From assembly GCA_030141605.1 (NCBI GenBank), contig JAQGDQ010000135.1, positions 434,001 to 498,000 on the forward strand: a stretch of 64,000 nucleotides of DNA, in the 5' to 3' direction. The notes beneath the pieces are model-generated. The model made no database searches. It was not told where the DNA came from and worked only from the letters and a program-made list of their open reading frames with translations. The stretch comes from Tubiluchus corallicola (lineage: Eukaryota; Animalia; Priapulida). Of the stretch, positions 38,031 to 51,713 are shown one piece after another; the first letter of the stretch is position 1; every line of letters starts with the position of its first letter. The translations under genes were made by a program, and so were the position numbers.

Positions 38031-38618
38031 TTTGTTGTTTACAGTTCCTTGGTTTTCCCGTACATGATCGAAACCTGTTAAGCTTAATACATCTTTCACA
38101 AATTTTGCTCACCTGAATAAGCAAATTTTTTTATTATAGATATTTTGTTGCCTATATTACATAAACTATAAAAGTTAAACGTAATTTTGCTCAAGTAAAT
38201 TCAAACCTGTGTTTTGTTTGTGTGGAGTGTGCATAATAATTCATAATACTTAACCAACCTATTTGTCAATTGTATCTAGAAGTAAGAATTTGTAAACTTT
38301 TGTATTTAAGGCTGATATTGCAAAAGGTATACGCATTTTCGGCAGGAATTTATAATCCGAAACCGAAATTTCAACAGAAACTTATATAGTTATAAGAAGT
38401 CTGAAAAGGCTATTTTTGAGAGATGGAGAACCTGAAAAATGCTACATTAATCAAGCAGTAAAGTTCTACATATCATTTTTGTAAACTTTATTATGTCCAT
38501 TTTTAGTAGGATGTTGAAGTATAGTATAGTTTAAGTACAACAAATGAAGGTGTGATAACATTTATTATGACAGAAGTTAATACTTAAACATCTTATACAA
38601 CAATGTTTATGTTATTGC

Positions 38619-41600
38619 TCAAGAGGATGATTTCTTACAAGCATTTGGCTCAACATACATCTTGCTGGGCTCAAAATTCCTTCGAATATGCGGTACCTGA
38701 AAAAAAGTATTTATTCTCACTAAAATCATTTTATCATCATAAGTGGATCATGGCATATGCTTGGCAGCTGAAGTCAGAAAATGCTATCCCTAGTTAGCAA
38801 ATGGATAGGTGATCATTGCGAAGTCGTTTTTGAGTGGTTTCGTCTGCCATTGAGGAAGAATGCATGCTTCTAGACATAGTTGCTGATTTAGTATAATTTC
38901 ATTATAGTGGGTTAGGTTAACCTTGATAATGAGGTTTTGATTTCATCATATCAGTTCAAGATTAGCAATGGACATTGCCAGTGAGCACAGAATTGTAAAT
39001 TTTAAGAAATATGGTGGTTAATACTAACCTTGGCCTAGGCTTTAATAAGCTGCAAGTTATAAAGAATTGGTTTTCAAGAACTCTGCAGCTATTTAATTTC
39101 AGAATCAAGTTTTACATGGAATAGTGTTAGTAAATTGATGTTGTGCTAACTAGCTGAAACTGTGGTTCGCGCCTTTATAACATTCCAGATTGACTACCGT
39201 AATAGCCTTCTTTATAATATTCCAATGTATCACTTAATAGCTAAACTTCGGCGAATACCAAACTCTGCTGCTAGATTAATAACACTTCTACCCAGAAATG
39301 ATCACATCACGTCTGTCTTAGTTCAATTGCTCTGGCTCTCCAATCCCCATAGAGTTTCACATTGGGTTTAAAATTGTACTTATTGTCTTTTAGAGATTTA
39401 CAAGCATTGCTGGATTATCATATGGGCTAGTATAGGCTGCAGCCTAGGGCCCCTCAAGCTTGGGGGGCCCATAGCCCGAGCAGTCCTGTTAAAAGATTTT
39501 CAAATATGATTTTCTTTTTGAAAAATAAGTATAATATCTTAGTAATTTGCATTGCTGAATTCATTTAACTTAAAATAAATTTAAACTTTAAAACAGAAAA
39601 CCCCGAAGCCTCAAAACCCAATTTTGAAAAAGTGGCCTCTGTTGATGGGCCCTATAAGGCCCCATTATTTCATTAGCCTAAGGGCCCCTAAAGGTCGTAA
39701 TCCGGGACTGTCTACAAGTCTTAGCACCAGTATACATATGTAACTTTGTTTAAAACAGGTAGATGTTCGAGGTATTGTCTTAGATCTATTTAATTACAAT
39801 AAAACAATTATAAAACTTGTTTCCCTCTAACTAAATGTTCCACTTTTGATGACAGATCCATTGCTGTGTTTCGTCCACTGTAGATTCTATCGATACTTTT
39901 AAACATTGTTTGAAAGCACACCTTTTCAAACAATTTTTAGCCTAAATTACGTTCATTTGCATTTTTATCTATAACTGATGTTAATTTTGCTATCTGTCAT
40001 TGTTTAGATTATTCCAGCAATAATTAGTGCTCTATACATATTTTATTTAATGAAATGTAATGTAATATCAGTAGTGCTCTTTTAGCTAAATGCAAACTTT
40101 GGCTATAAGTTCATCATCCATTTTACCATATTTTCCGTAAATATTCCACTTCCACTCTCCATACAGTATTCGTAATATGTGTGTGCTTCCTCCACCATAG
40201 ATTTGTATTCGTTTATGGCATCAGTATTCCAATCTTCATAGTGTTTCCTGTTAAAACAATTTCTTGTTTTAGAGCCAAATGTATGTTAACAATTTTTATA
40301 CATACAGATAATATTTTCTTGTGTTACTGTTAACTGCAGTAATTATGAAATTCTACAATTTGTATATTGACTTTTAGCTTGCCCAAATAAAAGCCGTTTG
40401 AACATTTTTCAATATTTCTTAGTTATCGGACAAGTATGGTAACTGTTTAGCAAGTGGCTTCAATTTTCAAATGTTGGTGTTACAGGCAAAGTGTGAATCC
40501 AGACATTCATTAGTGAATACCTGGGCACTTTATGGAGTGCTAAAACAAACTATCCTGTATAAGATAATTTCTTCTACATCTTTGTTAGACATTATGGGGT
40601 AAAGTTGGGGAAAATGTGCCACCAGGGGAAAGCAAGCCAGAATTGGGGGAAAACGGGCTCCTGTAGCAAATACTATCTACTACGTTGTAAAAATGTACTT
40701 AAGATTAAGATTAAGGTTAAGATCATTTATCTCATAAAAGATGCATACAATCCATCTATACTTTAAGAAACACTAAAAATTTAGTATTATGTGACGACTG
40801 TAGATGACTCCAAGTGAGGTGCTAATGTCAAATGAGGGTTTAGGACTTCAGGCAAAATGGCAAAGTACTATTAACATTTCTTTTTCTAGAATGAAAAAAA
40901 CTAAGAAATTTGCATCTGTGCCCTCAACACATTCTGATAGTGAAGAAAGGAAAAATGCAGAAAAGGTTTACGAAAGTAATTGGGTTGTCGGGTACAAAAA
41001 TATTCAGATTGCTTGTCAACAAGGCTCAAAACACATAAAAAAATATGCAGGATGGAACACCAATGACACACCTTGTCGTAATAAATTCAAATTTCTGTAT
41101 AAAATGGATGAATAAGATGTTGAGGAGATGATGTCATCTGATATTGTTCAGAAGGTTAAGGAACCAGTCATATGAAGCCATGGCATCTAATTTAAAGAAA
41201 CTGGAATTGCACAAATTTAAAACTTATAGCATGTATTACCGTTACAAACTGTTCGAGTTAAGGTGTGTGACTATATAAATGTTATAAAATAATCATCGAG
41301 CTTTTGAACTTGGTAAATATCAAATAAGTACTTCTAAAATTTGTGGTGTCTTACTTTCTTTTTCAAGTTTTTCTTTTGATACCATTTTACCGTAGAAACG
41401 TGTTAAATGGGCTTGTAATAGTGAGATAATGGTTGGCCCGTTTTACTCCAAAACTGGGGTAAAGTGGGCCACTCAGACACCCAAAAAAACTTATGTTGCC
41501 ATATTGCCATAAAAAGTTAAGTTGTTGGTGCAGAAATAAAAAATTGTGGTGACCTAAATTTAATAGAGCAGCCTTCATATGTATAGATCATCTATGGAAA

Positions 41601-44600
41601 GTTCATCTGCAGAGTTTCTATGATGCAGGCTTTAGAACTTTTTAAAAAAAACAGCCCACCTTCCTCAGCTTTACCCTATATAATGCTAAAGTTTGTGTAA
41701 ACAAAGTTTATAATTTTTAGATGTTGTGTCTACTTTTTTTATGTATTTTATAGAAATTTTAGTTAATGTAAAAATGGAACAAATTTTCAATTGTTTTGAA
41801 ATGGTCTTCCTATGCATTTTATATAACGCCAATTTTATCTTGGGAATGCGTGAACTAAAGTCATGTTTCAACATACTTGCAAATTTGTAAGGCAGATGTG
41901 GTAGCATACATAATGTGGAAATTGGCACCTCAGAGGAGTGGCGGTGTTGCACCCATTGCCAATAAAACGACTAGCTCTCCAGCTCACTCAAACTTCTTGC
42001 TTAATTTAATACATGCATTGACTAAGTTGTTTTACACATTGATGCCTGGGTATTTTATCAAATATTTGGGAAAGATTAGATTCAACACAAATTATGTTCG
42101 TGTTACCCTTTCCCAAAGGCACTTTACGCATTTTATATAGATCCTAGCTATTACACAAAATGTCTCAGCAGAATGTGATAGTGTGCAGCAAAAACGTGAA
42201 ATTTCACTCTACTGAAGTACATAGGTATTTCATGAAATGCCTAGGAATTTTATAAATTGTCTAAATTTTGCGCATTGCCTATAACATTTTTTACACCTTG
42301 TAATAAACATGTAATTTAACAAAGATGTCTGTGAGGATTAATTTGATTTGAGTTACCCTGTAATTCAATTTGTCAGTTACATTACCTGCAGCATTCATGC
42401 TAACTCTTGCATGAAAAAAGCATCAACAGAGTTAGATTCAGTTTCTAAATTGGAAAGATGTTTAATTGAGGACCGATAATGAAGTCACAGGAAAAGAGTC
42501 ACAAGAACAATTTTTAGCTACGAAAAAATACACAATTAATTTTGGCTAGGGTTAGGGTTATTTTTTCCTGTGATTTTTATCCTGTGACTTTTTCCATGAC
42601 ATTTTTACTTGTCACTTTTTTTACCTGCATTCGTTTAAACATCTCTCATTATTTTCTTTTAGACTTACATTTTTCTAGCTGCAACCGTTCTTAGTATATC
42701 TGTGTAATAAATGGAGCTGAAGCATTTTGTTAAGTTCAGTGCTGGGTAGTGTGATACATAACTGAGGCACATTTCATCAGCGGTTGTGATTCCACTCTAG
42801 AGAAAGAAGAATAAACACTTGCTTTTCTCCTGAAAATTTCGTTTCATTTGCATAAATACATTAATATACCTATATCTGAATTTTACAACATTACAACACA
42901 ATAACAATTTGCAAGGGCTGATGAAGCTTGTTAGTCTCATGTGCTTCTCGGTGTCTTTCATGGTTAGAATTATTAACTACCTGCCTTTCTATTCTGCAGC
43001 TGATTATGCAACAGCATGTATTTCATTAGTAAGCCTTGGTTCTAAGGTACAGCTCTGCAGGTTGCATGTGTTGTCCAAAAATCTGATAATAATTAGATAT
43101 TGTTTTATTAAACAGAGCAAAATAAGGTGCACCATTTCGTCAAAGCTCTGTGCCTAAATTGTACAAAATTTGTTTCCAAGTTTTGTGCGCAGACTGCAAT
43201 ATGTGAATATTTTTGATTTTTGGCTGTTGCTAATCGGTGTTCATTGTCATTCATTTATTTGCTGTGAAATTTTTAATTGCATCAGAGAGAAACAATAAAT
43301 TAACAAAAACTACAATACTTCAGAACTATACCTACGTATAGAGGACTTTGTCTTCCACTGGTGTTAAAGGTGCACTCCAGTATTAACGTATCTCCCTGAA
43401 ATTTCCAAAATAGGACAAAATACGAAGATATACAAAGTAATTCACTGGTCTATGCTACTAGCTAATGTTAATTTTGTTATAAACAGTATTACACACTATA
43501 ATACTTAATATATCAGTGGGATCACTTAAATGATCAAAATTAATTAATAATTTGTTGCTTGCTTGCACTTACAGGTAAGAAGGTGACTTCTTTGTTCAAT
43601 GCCATCTGTTGCTAAAAAATAAAATAAAAGCTTTTATATATCTTTCATATACTTATGTCTAGTTCAATTCAGTTCATGTGGCATAGATGCATCAGCAAGA
43701 ACGCAGTTCGTTAAAAAGGTGTAAAACTCGCATTCATTTTTTTGTAGCAAGATGATTTTCAAAGTAGATTTACCTGAAACTTAGATTAATTATTGCACCA
43801 TTAAAAGTACACTAAACATGTGTAGCTTGATAATTGTCGCATAATTTACTTGAAGAGTATGTAGCCACCAGCTTTCTGCAAGGTGGTAAAATTTCTTTCA
43901 TAAAACTTACCTGATAATTAAAGTCGTAATGTTCATCCATTGCAAGAGGTGGAAGTTCAATGTCTTTTCTGTAATGCCTGATTCCTAATTTGACTGCACT
44001 GAGATGAGCATGAAGTAAGACAGCGGTCAATTTAACACCTTCTTTTCTGGTGTACTACATGAGACAGGGTTAAATATCAGAAGTTTATTGCTTGCAAAAT
44101 GTTTTCGTGTACATTTTCGGGTATTAGCAATCAGTAAGTTTAAAAGAAAACTGGACTCAATCTTAAACTATAGGTCAAAACAATCTGTTTCTACAAAATA
44201 TTGAAAGTGAACATACTATTTTGTCAAGAATGACCCAATTTCTCATTCGTGCGACTAGTTTTTTGCTGTTATATGCATTCCGCTATTCTTTAGCTAAATG
44301 GGCAGTAGTGCTTGCATTTTGGAATTGTGTTGCACAAAAACCAGGTGTTATACCTCTCAGTTCAGAGGTGTTCAGTTGTGATGTAGTGCACACATTCGAG
44401 AGTGCGTGCATGGGCACAGCAGTAAATGTGAAATTTTAATTTGAAACTTAAAATTTGCTGAGGTTTGTATATCACACTAAATCTTGTATAGTAGCACTGT
44501 ACTTTAATTTTTGCTTTCGTAAACACGTGTAAAATGCTCATTAATGTTTATGCCATTGGAAATTATGTTCAGTTGTGATGTCTTCACTAGTTTGGCTTGC

Positions 44601-47600
44601 CTGCCATTAATTAAGTTTTTAATCTATTAATTATCAGAAATGCTTTGGCAGTACTATGGGTTTTAAAATGTATACTTTTACCAGACTTCAAAATGGGGTA
44701 GGATATGAAAAATCATCCTATTTGAACGGATACTATGCAATGTGTCAAAGTCTTGTAATACAGTAGTTTTGTAAACAAAAATGAATTTCACTAGTACAAC
44801 AATTCCTAATTTTTTATGTATCAATTCTGAAATTTTTAAACAGTTGTATAGCTAGTTAAGTGTGCATGACTTTGTAAAATATTGAGATTTAGCTTTGAAC
44901 TGCAAATAGCACAAACCTTACTTGTGCAGCTTGAGGAGCATGTACTGCGAATGGTAAATTCAGTAACATTGGGAGGTATGATCATCGGTGGATAGTCAAT
45001 GGGCTGGCCAATGAGCAGCGTGCCAGCATCGTGTTTGCGCAGCTGCCTGGTGTAGAATAATCTGAAGCCAGAGCTGTCTTGAATACCTATAAATCAAAAC
45101 TAAAATGTTTAGAGTGATCCAGGTAGTCTTCCTATGACTCCATACAATTTAGGTAGCTTTTTATGAGCTTTTTTGGGTCATGGTTAAGTTCTTAATGAAA
45201 TGGATACAAACACCATTTTAAGGTGTTCACTAGGTTTCTTTATTCTGAAACACAATAATTAAAATTCAATTTAATATGTAGCGACTATAAAAAGTAGACG
45301 AGAGTTCTTGGCAAATTAATTAGTGATAACTTATGTTGTTAGAGTCTTTATCAGTTATTAGATCAGAATGACAACTCCAAATAGCCTTTATAAACAGCAA
45401 TGCCACTCAGTAAATTCATAAGAAATTTGCAGTCATAATTTCTAAGAAACAGAGTAATGGCAATGAGATCTAAAGACAGGAAAATGTCATGCAACTACAG
45501 CTAGCTCACGAAAGGGCAAAATGCTAATGTACTGAAGGATATTGAGGTGCTTCAATTTCAAAGAGTGACTACAGTAATAAGCTAAATACTAAATAAACAA
45601 ACAGGTGGCACCGTGCCATTAATTGAAAAATAAATCAAAACCAGAAAGGGCACCCACTATACACTTATAAAAATGACTCCTTTTTATGTCTAATTATTCA
45701 TGGTTTTGTGCAAGGGGATGCTACACTGTAGTAGTAATGCACAGTTCACCTTTTAATCAGGTTGTCTTACAAAAACATTGCCACTGTAGCTGGTGGTTTG
45801 GTCACTCTGTGTGGTAGCCAAATTGACTGCTCTCTTCCTTTATGTAACGCACCTTTGACTGCTACAGGCACACTTATATGAAATTGTCTTTGGACTAATA
45901 TTTATTTTTAACGAAAATATGAAAAATACTGATCAGCTAGGTGTTTAACCTTCTGGCTTTTCGAGTTACGAAGTCCTTTATGATCTCTTCAACATCAAGT
46001 GATTTAGTACACTGTTTCAGTACGAAGAATTGCTAAGTTAGTAATTCTATGATTGCTTCTATTTGAGCTAAGATAGGTCTTTATTGATTTCAGCTTAGAA
46101 AAACTCTGCTTGTATCTACTGACCCTGACAGCTTTTGTCAGAGATGCTCTCAATAATATCATCAAATTTGGCACAATATTTGATAATAAACCTTAGGAGC
46201 TCCAGAGGCCCTTCTTTCCAGTTTTTCTCTTTAAAGAGTTTTCTCTCTGACAGCAAACTGAAACTGTGAACTGCTCTCCGACAGTTGCTGTAAGGTGATT
46301 TCCTGTGAGTTACTGTCTAGTGTGAATAACTCAGCGAATTACTCTCAACACTTGCAGCAGTGACTAGAGAAGAGAGTGTCAGTCCGTGTTATTGCTGGAG
46401 TTTAACTTGCGGAAAGTTTTGTTCTGTAGTCTGAACATGTTTGAGAGTTACTTGGCGAATTTTATTCAATATTTATGCAAGAATTGGCAAGATTTTAATC
46501 ATTACATTTTTGTGCTGCATCCCTTGTTATTTATTTTATTCACACACAGTAAACAGCACATATTCCCGCCTCATTTGGATGTTTTTCTACGTTACTTTAT
46601 CACATCTTCATTTCTTATGTTTCATATGTATGATTATGTGATTCTGTAATATTTGTAAGATATGTGACCACATTATTGTCTTAAAAGGGAAAAAGTAAAT
46701 GCCAGAGCTTTAGGGAACTAAATCTTAATTATTAATCAGTAAGTCTGTTTAAAATCGTTGAATGTTGAATAAAATCTTACTTACCATTGAGTCGACCAGG
46801 GTTATCGTAATGTGTTTCCAGGAAAAAATATTTGGGATACCCATATCCTGGATGTATTGGATAGCCTACATGTTCGGGATAACTGTATCCCTGCAAAAGA
46901 AGCAAAATAAAATAAATGATTTTGAGATTTTTGTATTTTAAAGATGTCCATGTCTTACATGTGAGGATTTTTTACGGTTCGTATTCCTTATTACAAGGTT
47001 TCAGTATATGGACGTGCATTTACAATTGACGGTGGTGAGGATTTGGTTTTGGCCTGCCAAACCTGCTAAGAAGTGTTTGCTAAAATATGCAAAGATGTAT
47101 TGATTACAATTCTGCCAGTTCTTTGATATAGAAAATAATAACTTATAATGTGTGACTGCAATACCATAGTAACCACACATATAACTTTTCACAAAATGCG
47201 GCAGAGATAGACAGTCTTTGATATATAGATGATCTTAATATTAATTACAGACTAGTAATTAATGTGATTCTAACAGAATAAGTTCTTACAATATTTGCGA
47301 TACACTATATTCCGTAGCAACTTTCCAAATAGCATCTCGTGCATTTTCATATAATTATTTTTCTCAAAGTCTTAGACAGATTCAGCTGCAGAAGTTCTAT
47401 TTTGATCTGCCCAAAATGATCAAAGTGAAATTTTAACTTACAGACCTTTTTGTTTTTGTGTGCCCTTTGTGACTTGTTTAGCTATAAACAAATTCAACTA
47501 CCACCGTCATTACTTAGCAATAATCTTGTTTTGAACCTTGTTATTATGGAGGAGGTAACGTCAGTAGTGGAGAGAAAACTGAAGCCATAGTTGCCACACC

Positions 47601-50600
47601 TCTGCTTAATTTTTCATCGACAAAAACAAAACACAACTAGAACTTTAAACTTGAGTAAAAAAACTTTATCGATCTAACCATGACTTCTTGTTATGCAATT
47701 TAGTATACCTTGCCTCCTACTGCCCATCCGTGAACAACAATGTCGCAAGCAATAAGATCTCGAGGCATATCTCTCAGACCGTAACATGCACTACTCCATG
47801 TTGCAACTGCAGATGCGTTGAAGTTAGGCTGACAAGCGTATAGGAGCATGTGATGTACTATGCCTAACATATTCTCTTGGATTACAGGCTCCAGCTATAA
47901 ACAGTAAAATTGCACTAGGAAGCTTCTTTTGTCACTTTGGTTTAATTAGAAAAGGTGTTACCCTGACTCGTCTACTCCTGCGTGTTTCATTCATGACACG
48001 GGTATGATATTGACATCGATATGCAGAGGCAAAAAGCAAATATAGCCTTTATAAAAATAAAAAACTGCCAATGTGTCTAATAAGGACAAAATCTTTATTA
48101 GTGCTGCGCTTGATTTGAGAATATTTGCAGTTCAGCATAGATTAAAATTATTTTTCTACTAGTACTTGCACTTTTAGGACCATTGATAATGAAGTTGTTG
48201 TTGAGAAAGTTGTACTTACTCTTATAATGTGATGCTTTTCTTCCATTTCTGGCAGTGCATATAATTCACACCAGTACAATGTTTGCTGCCTAGTCAGAGT
48301 TGTCTATAAGAATTAATTGACAAAACAAGACATTTGCTTATATTAGCATGAAGACACTAATAAAAGTTTCTAGTCAAATTATCACTTTCAAATTGTTTTA
48401 GTGGTCAATGCATTTACCGATATATTTACAGTGACATAGCATAGCAGAAATTTAAAACTATTGTAAAATAAATTATAAAATGTAGAGTGAAACGAATTCT
48501 TGATATATATTTATGGATTCATTTACAACAACACTGCAGGAATTAAAGTTATATGTGAAACAAACATATTAAGTGTCATGTATAAATATTGCATGTCATA
48601 CATTTCTGTTCAATATGTCCAGGGCTTTGACGTCTTCTGACTCGTAATTTCCGTAGTGCTCATTTGTGGAACAGTCGAGCAGATTCGTGCTTTTCACACC
48701 TTTGGTGCTGCCATGATATGGAATGTTTTCCTCATCTTTTGGGTCAGTATTACTGTATGCATATATTACTCTTGTGGTCTGCCCATACTGAAGTACAGAA
48801 AAGCAAGTATATGAGAATGAATACTGACACAGCATACAGATTTGCTTGCAAATATCAGTATTTTCATTACACGTTACCTAGATTCAGCCTCATGATGGCT
48901 TTGACTGTCAATTTATAGCTTTACATTTATAGCTGACTTACAATTTATAGCTTAAACGAATATTTACTCATTTTCGTAGCGGTTGTCATGCATTACAAAC
49001 TGCAGTTTCCATTCGCCGTTTTGATTGCCACAAGCTGGAAATTTTCCATAAGGAAATGAGTAATTATTACTCCAGGGGTACCTTTATTGCATAATCCTTG
49101 GCTCTGTCACACGTTTGAAGTTTGCGCCTGAAGACAAGTCTGGTTTGATTTCCTGATTCGCTTCCTTCGATCAGTTCGTAATCCTGTTTAACGTCAGCAT
49201 GTGGTTTTCCTTGTTTTTCTGCATATCTGTCCTAAAAATACTTTGTCTCCTGTTATTGCAGGAACAAGTCTTAAGTTTAAGAAAGTCTGTGGATGATAGA
49301 ATGAACCCCTTATTTAATTTTTGACAGCAACTATAAAAGACTAAGAAATGTGAAAAAGTTGGGATGGAATCAGCATTTGAACCATCACATTCTGGAGTGC
49401 AAAGTCACAGTGGTTATAAGGTTCAGTGGCCTAACATTACCAGATGGTTTACCAATCTTTTATGGCAAATAGTTGTATGTAGTTCCAATTCGTGTTTTCA
49501 TGGTAGTCTATAGAAAGTGTAATGATCCTTATGAACTTACCTTTAAGTACACTTTGCTGTTGGCAACCCATCCAATCACAATGTCTGCGCCAGCCATTCC
49601 TCCTGAAGGAGAGAAACCAATTCCTACCCAACCAGATGTGTTCACAACCACCTTCATATTTAAAATCCGTGAGCAATATCAGCAAAACAAGCATTTATAA
49701 TACCACTTAATGTTTTTGCTACATTATTACCATGACAAAGTTACCTCAGCCATATATAGTTGTTAGTTGACATTTTCACTAAATCATTTTTTGCAAAATT
49801 TATACCGTGAAAATAAAATCATAAACACTGCCAGAAGCAGTGGGTGGACTTTTGATATTTTCTTGGTTTAACGCTTGACTACACAGGTAATTCGTCCATA
49901 ATTGGGTGATCACTAATTAAAATTCAGAATGGCCACATACTCAATTTGTGTAGTTATTCAAGAATTTATGCAACCAAAGAACACTTCAAAATTATTAAAA
50001 AGAACATCACTGCTTGGTTATAAAAGTGAGTTAATATGTACAAGATAAACTAATCCTTTGAAATTTATCAAAATAACTTTGTATGTCAGATTTCATTATA
50101 TCTCTACAGCTCAGGCATGATGTGAGCATCTGCAATCATATGACAGCACCTGTATTTTCAAGATCACTGGATTAAAAATTACATTAAGCTGTTATGTGTC
50201 TTTCAAGATACATTTCTTGCTCCTAAATAAGTTAAAATTTTCAACTGCTTGTATATTTTACAATATGCATTGAGTTTTTCAATATCCCAAATTGTAAATC
50301 AGGTGAATTTGTAAATTTTGACTTTAGTGTATATAAGTGTGTTTCCATAACAATTTGTTATTATTGTAGTACAGTACTTTATTATTACAGTGTTAATGTC
50401 ACAATAACATACTCTGTTATCAGTTTCTATAGCACTTTCTACTTAGCACAGTGAAATTGGTTTGATTTGACAGCAACTATTAATAAATAATTAATTATTT
50501 CTGTTGTCGTACTTTGAAAGTTATGCAAGTGTCGTTAAATGTCCATTGTAGCTGAAAGTTTGGGTCAAGCTGTTCTGTTCTGCTTGAACATCGATGACTA

Positions 50601-50671
50601 ACATCGCTGCAGTCAACATAATAAACAATAAAACACAATAACACAAATTTTGATGTCACGAATACTTTCAT
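38619..50671 (-). CDS. MOXD1: DBH-like monooxygenase (MOXD1-like copper type II ascorbate-dependent monooxygenase), about 573 aa
   Basis: 14 phase-consistent GT-AG exons: 50513-50671, 49541-49651, 49082-49231, 48602-48787, 48220-48303, 47709-47894, 46785-46890, 44917-45086, 43911-44054, 43573-43611, 43336-43395, 42669-42796, 40127-40247, 38619-38696. Signal peptide, DOMON (GWVGIGFSPSGGMAGADIVIGW), Cu ligands VHHMLLY, ETHYDNP, LLHAH, DEMCL. The last two exons are less certain. Confidence 0.92.
39140..39950 (+). mobile_element. L2-type LINE 3' fragment in a MOXD1 intron
   Basis: VRAFITFQIDYRNSLLY...KLRRIPNSAARLI...DHITSVLVQLLWL; continues LAPVY...FKHCLKAHLF after the hAT insertion. Confidence 0.8.
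39405..39710. mobile_element. hAT-type MITE inserted in the L2 fragment
   Basis: TIRs CATTGCTGGATTA / TAATCCGGGACTG, GGGCCC subterminal motifs, 8-bp TSD TTTACAAG / TCTACAAG. Confidence 0.75.
40595..41678. mobile_element. Tc1/mariner-pogo-like non-autonomous DNA transposon
   Basis: TA|TGGGGTAAAGTTGGGGAAAATGTGCC ... GCCCACCTTCCTCAGCTTTACCCTA|TA, with internal GGGGTAAAGTGGGCC repeats. Confidence 0.55.
44138..44720. repeat. diverged copy of the 2548-3158 MITE
   Basis: Shared blocks GGCAGTAGTGCTTGCATTT, TTCAGAGGTGTTC, AAACACGTGTAA and TGGGGTAGGATATGAAAAATC in the same order and spacing. Confidence 0.8.
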
Positions 50672-51482
50672 CCTATTTGCTGATGTAGTTACAAAAAACT
50701 CTTTTTTAACTTCGCATCCAAACAGTGAGTTACAGTTATAACGTATAGACAGTCTAAATCAGAAGACTGTTAAAATTTTCAACTGCATACAGTGTATTTT
50801 TAAACTTCCTGTTTCCAGGAAAACATCAGCTACATCCGGTAAAGTTTTCATGATCAAAATGTTAAACAGTTGGTTGTGAAGTTATTCTTTGCAATTCATA
50901 TTTGATATTGCATTTATTTACAAACAATACTTCGTGTTCAGTGTTTCTTCGTACATTTTGCATTTAAATTTGTCTATAAGCAAAGCTTCAAGTTTTCTTC
51001 TTTCTAATTGAATTTTATTATTGTCCTAAGTTAGTAATACAAGAATTTTTATGAATTTTTCTTGCACATGTATATTTTTGTTTTGCTAATGCCAAGTCAG
51101 CTGATTCCCAGCCTGTTTTGTATTAATGTTGTAATATAAAGGTGGTCAGGAAATGACAGCCCCCTGTGCTTAAAAATTATCACAAGTAGATACAAATGTG
51201 TTTTTAGTACTTTAGTCACTGTAGTAATACATATCTAATCTGTTTTTTAAGATTCTTATTGCCAGAATTCAAAAATCAACAGAAATGGGTCATTACATCA
51301 TTTGCATTTTAAAACCTGAATGAGTTATACGTTTATGGCCCGTAGAGCTGTGAATATCGACACTACTAGATATTAAAATAAGTATTGTTTTACTAAAATT
51401 AAGTACTATTTTTCCTACACATGTCAGTTTTTATCTAGGTCTTTCGGTTTCTTCTGTACAAAAGGAAGCAATCATTTCTTGA

Positions 51483-51713
51483 CAGTGTCAGATTTAGACT
51501 TGTTGAGGCCCTAAGCTAGATAAAGCCCTGAATCCCTCTTTTTTTAAAAAAGATTACGCTAACTGGTCCCAGTTTATGACTAAAATATTACTTAATTATA
51601 AAAATGAGTATAAAACTATATGAAACCCAATCTGGAATCTTCATGAGGCCCGGCATGCTGATTGTGAGGCCCTGAGCTGTAACTTACTTAGCTTATACCT
51701 AAAACTGTTTCTT
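51483..51713. mobile_element. hAT-like MITE remnant
   Basis: Starts CAGTGTCAGATTTAG, with repeated GAGGCCC motifs like the 39405 element. Right end decayed. Confidence 0.35.

Noticed and set aside
41985-42143. Open minus-strand segment as an extra MOXD1 exon
   Set aside because: Wrong phase relative to exon 42669-42796, ends in a stop, and does not resemble MOXD1.
43364-43804. Apparent TTAA-flanked MITE (TTAAAGGTGCA...TGCACCATTAA)
   Set aside because: The left 'TIR' lies inside MOXD1 exon 43336-43395 (ECTFN), and exon 43573-43611 lies between the ends; coincidental.
49370-49440. tRNA-like sequence on the minus strand
   Set aside because: Only a partial B-box (GGTTCAAAT); no cloverleaf can be drawn.
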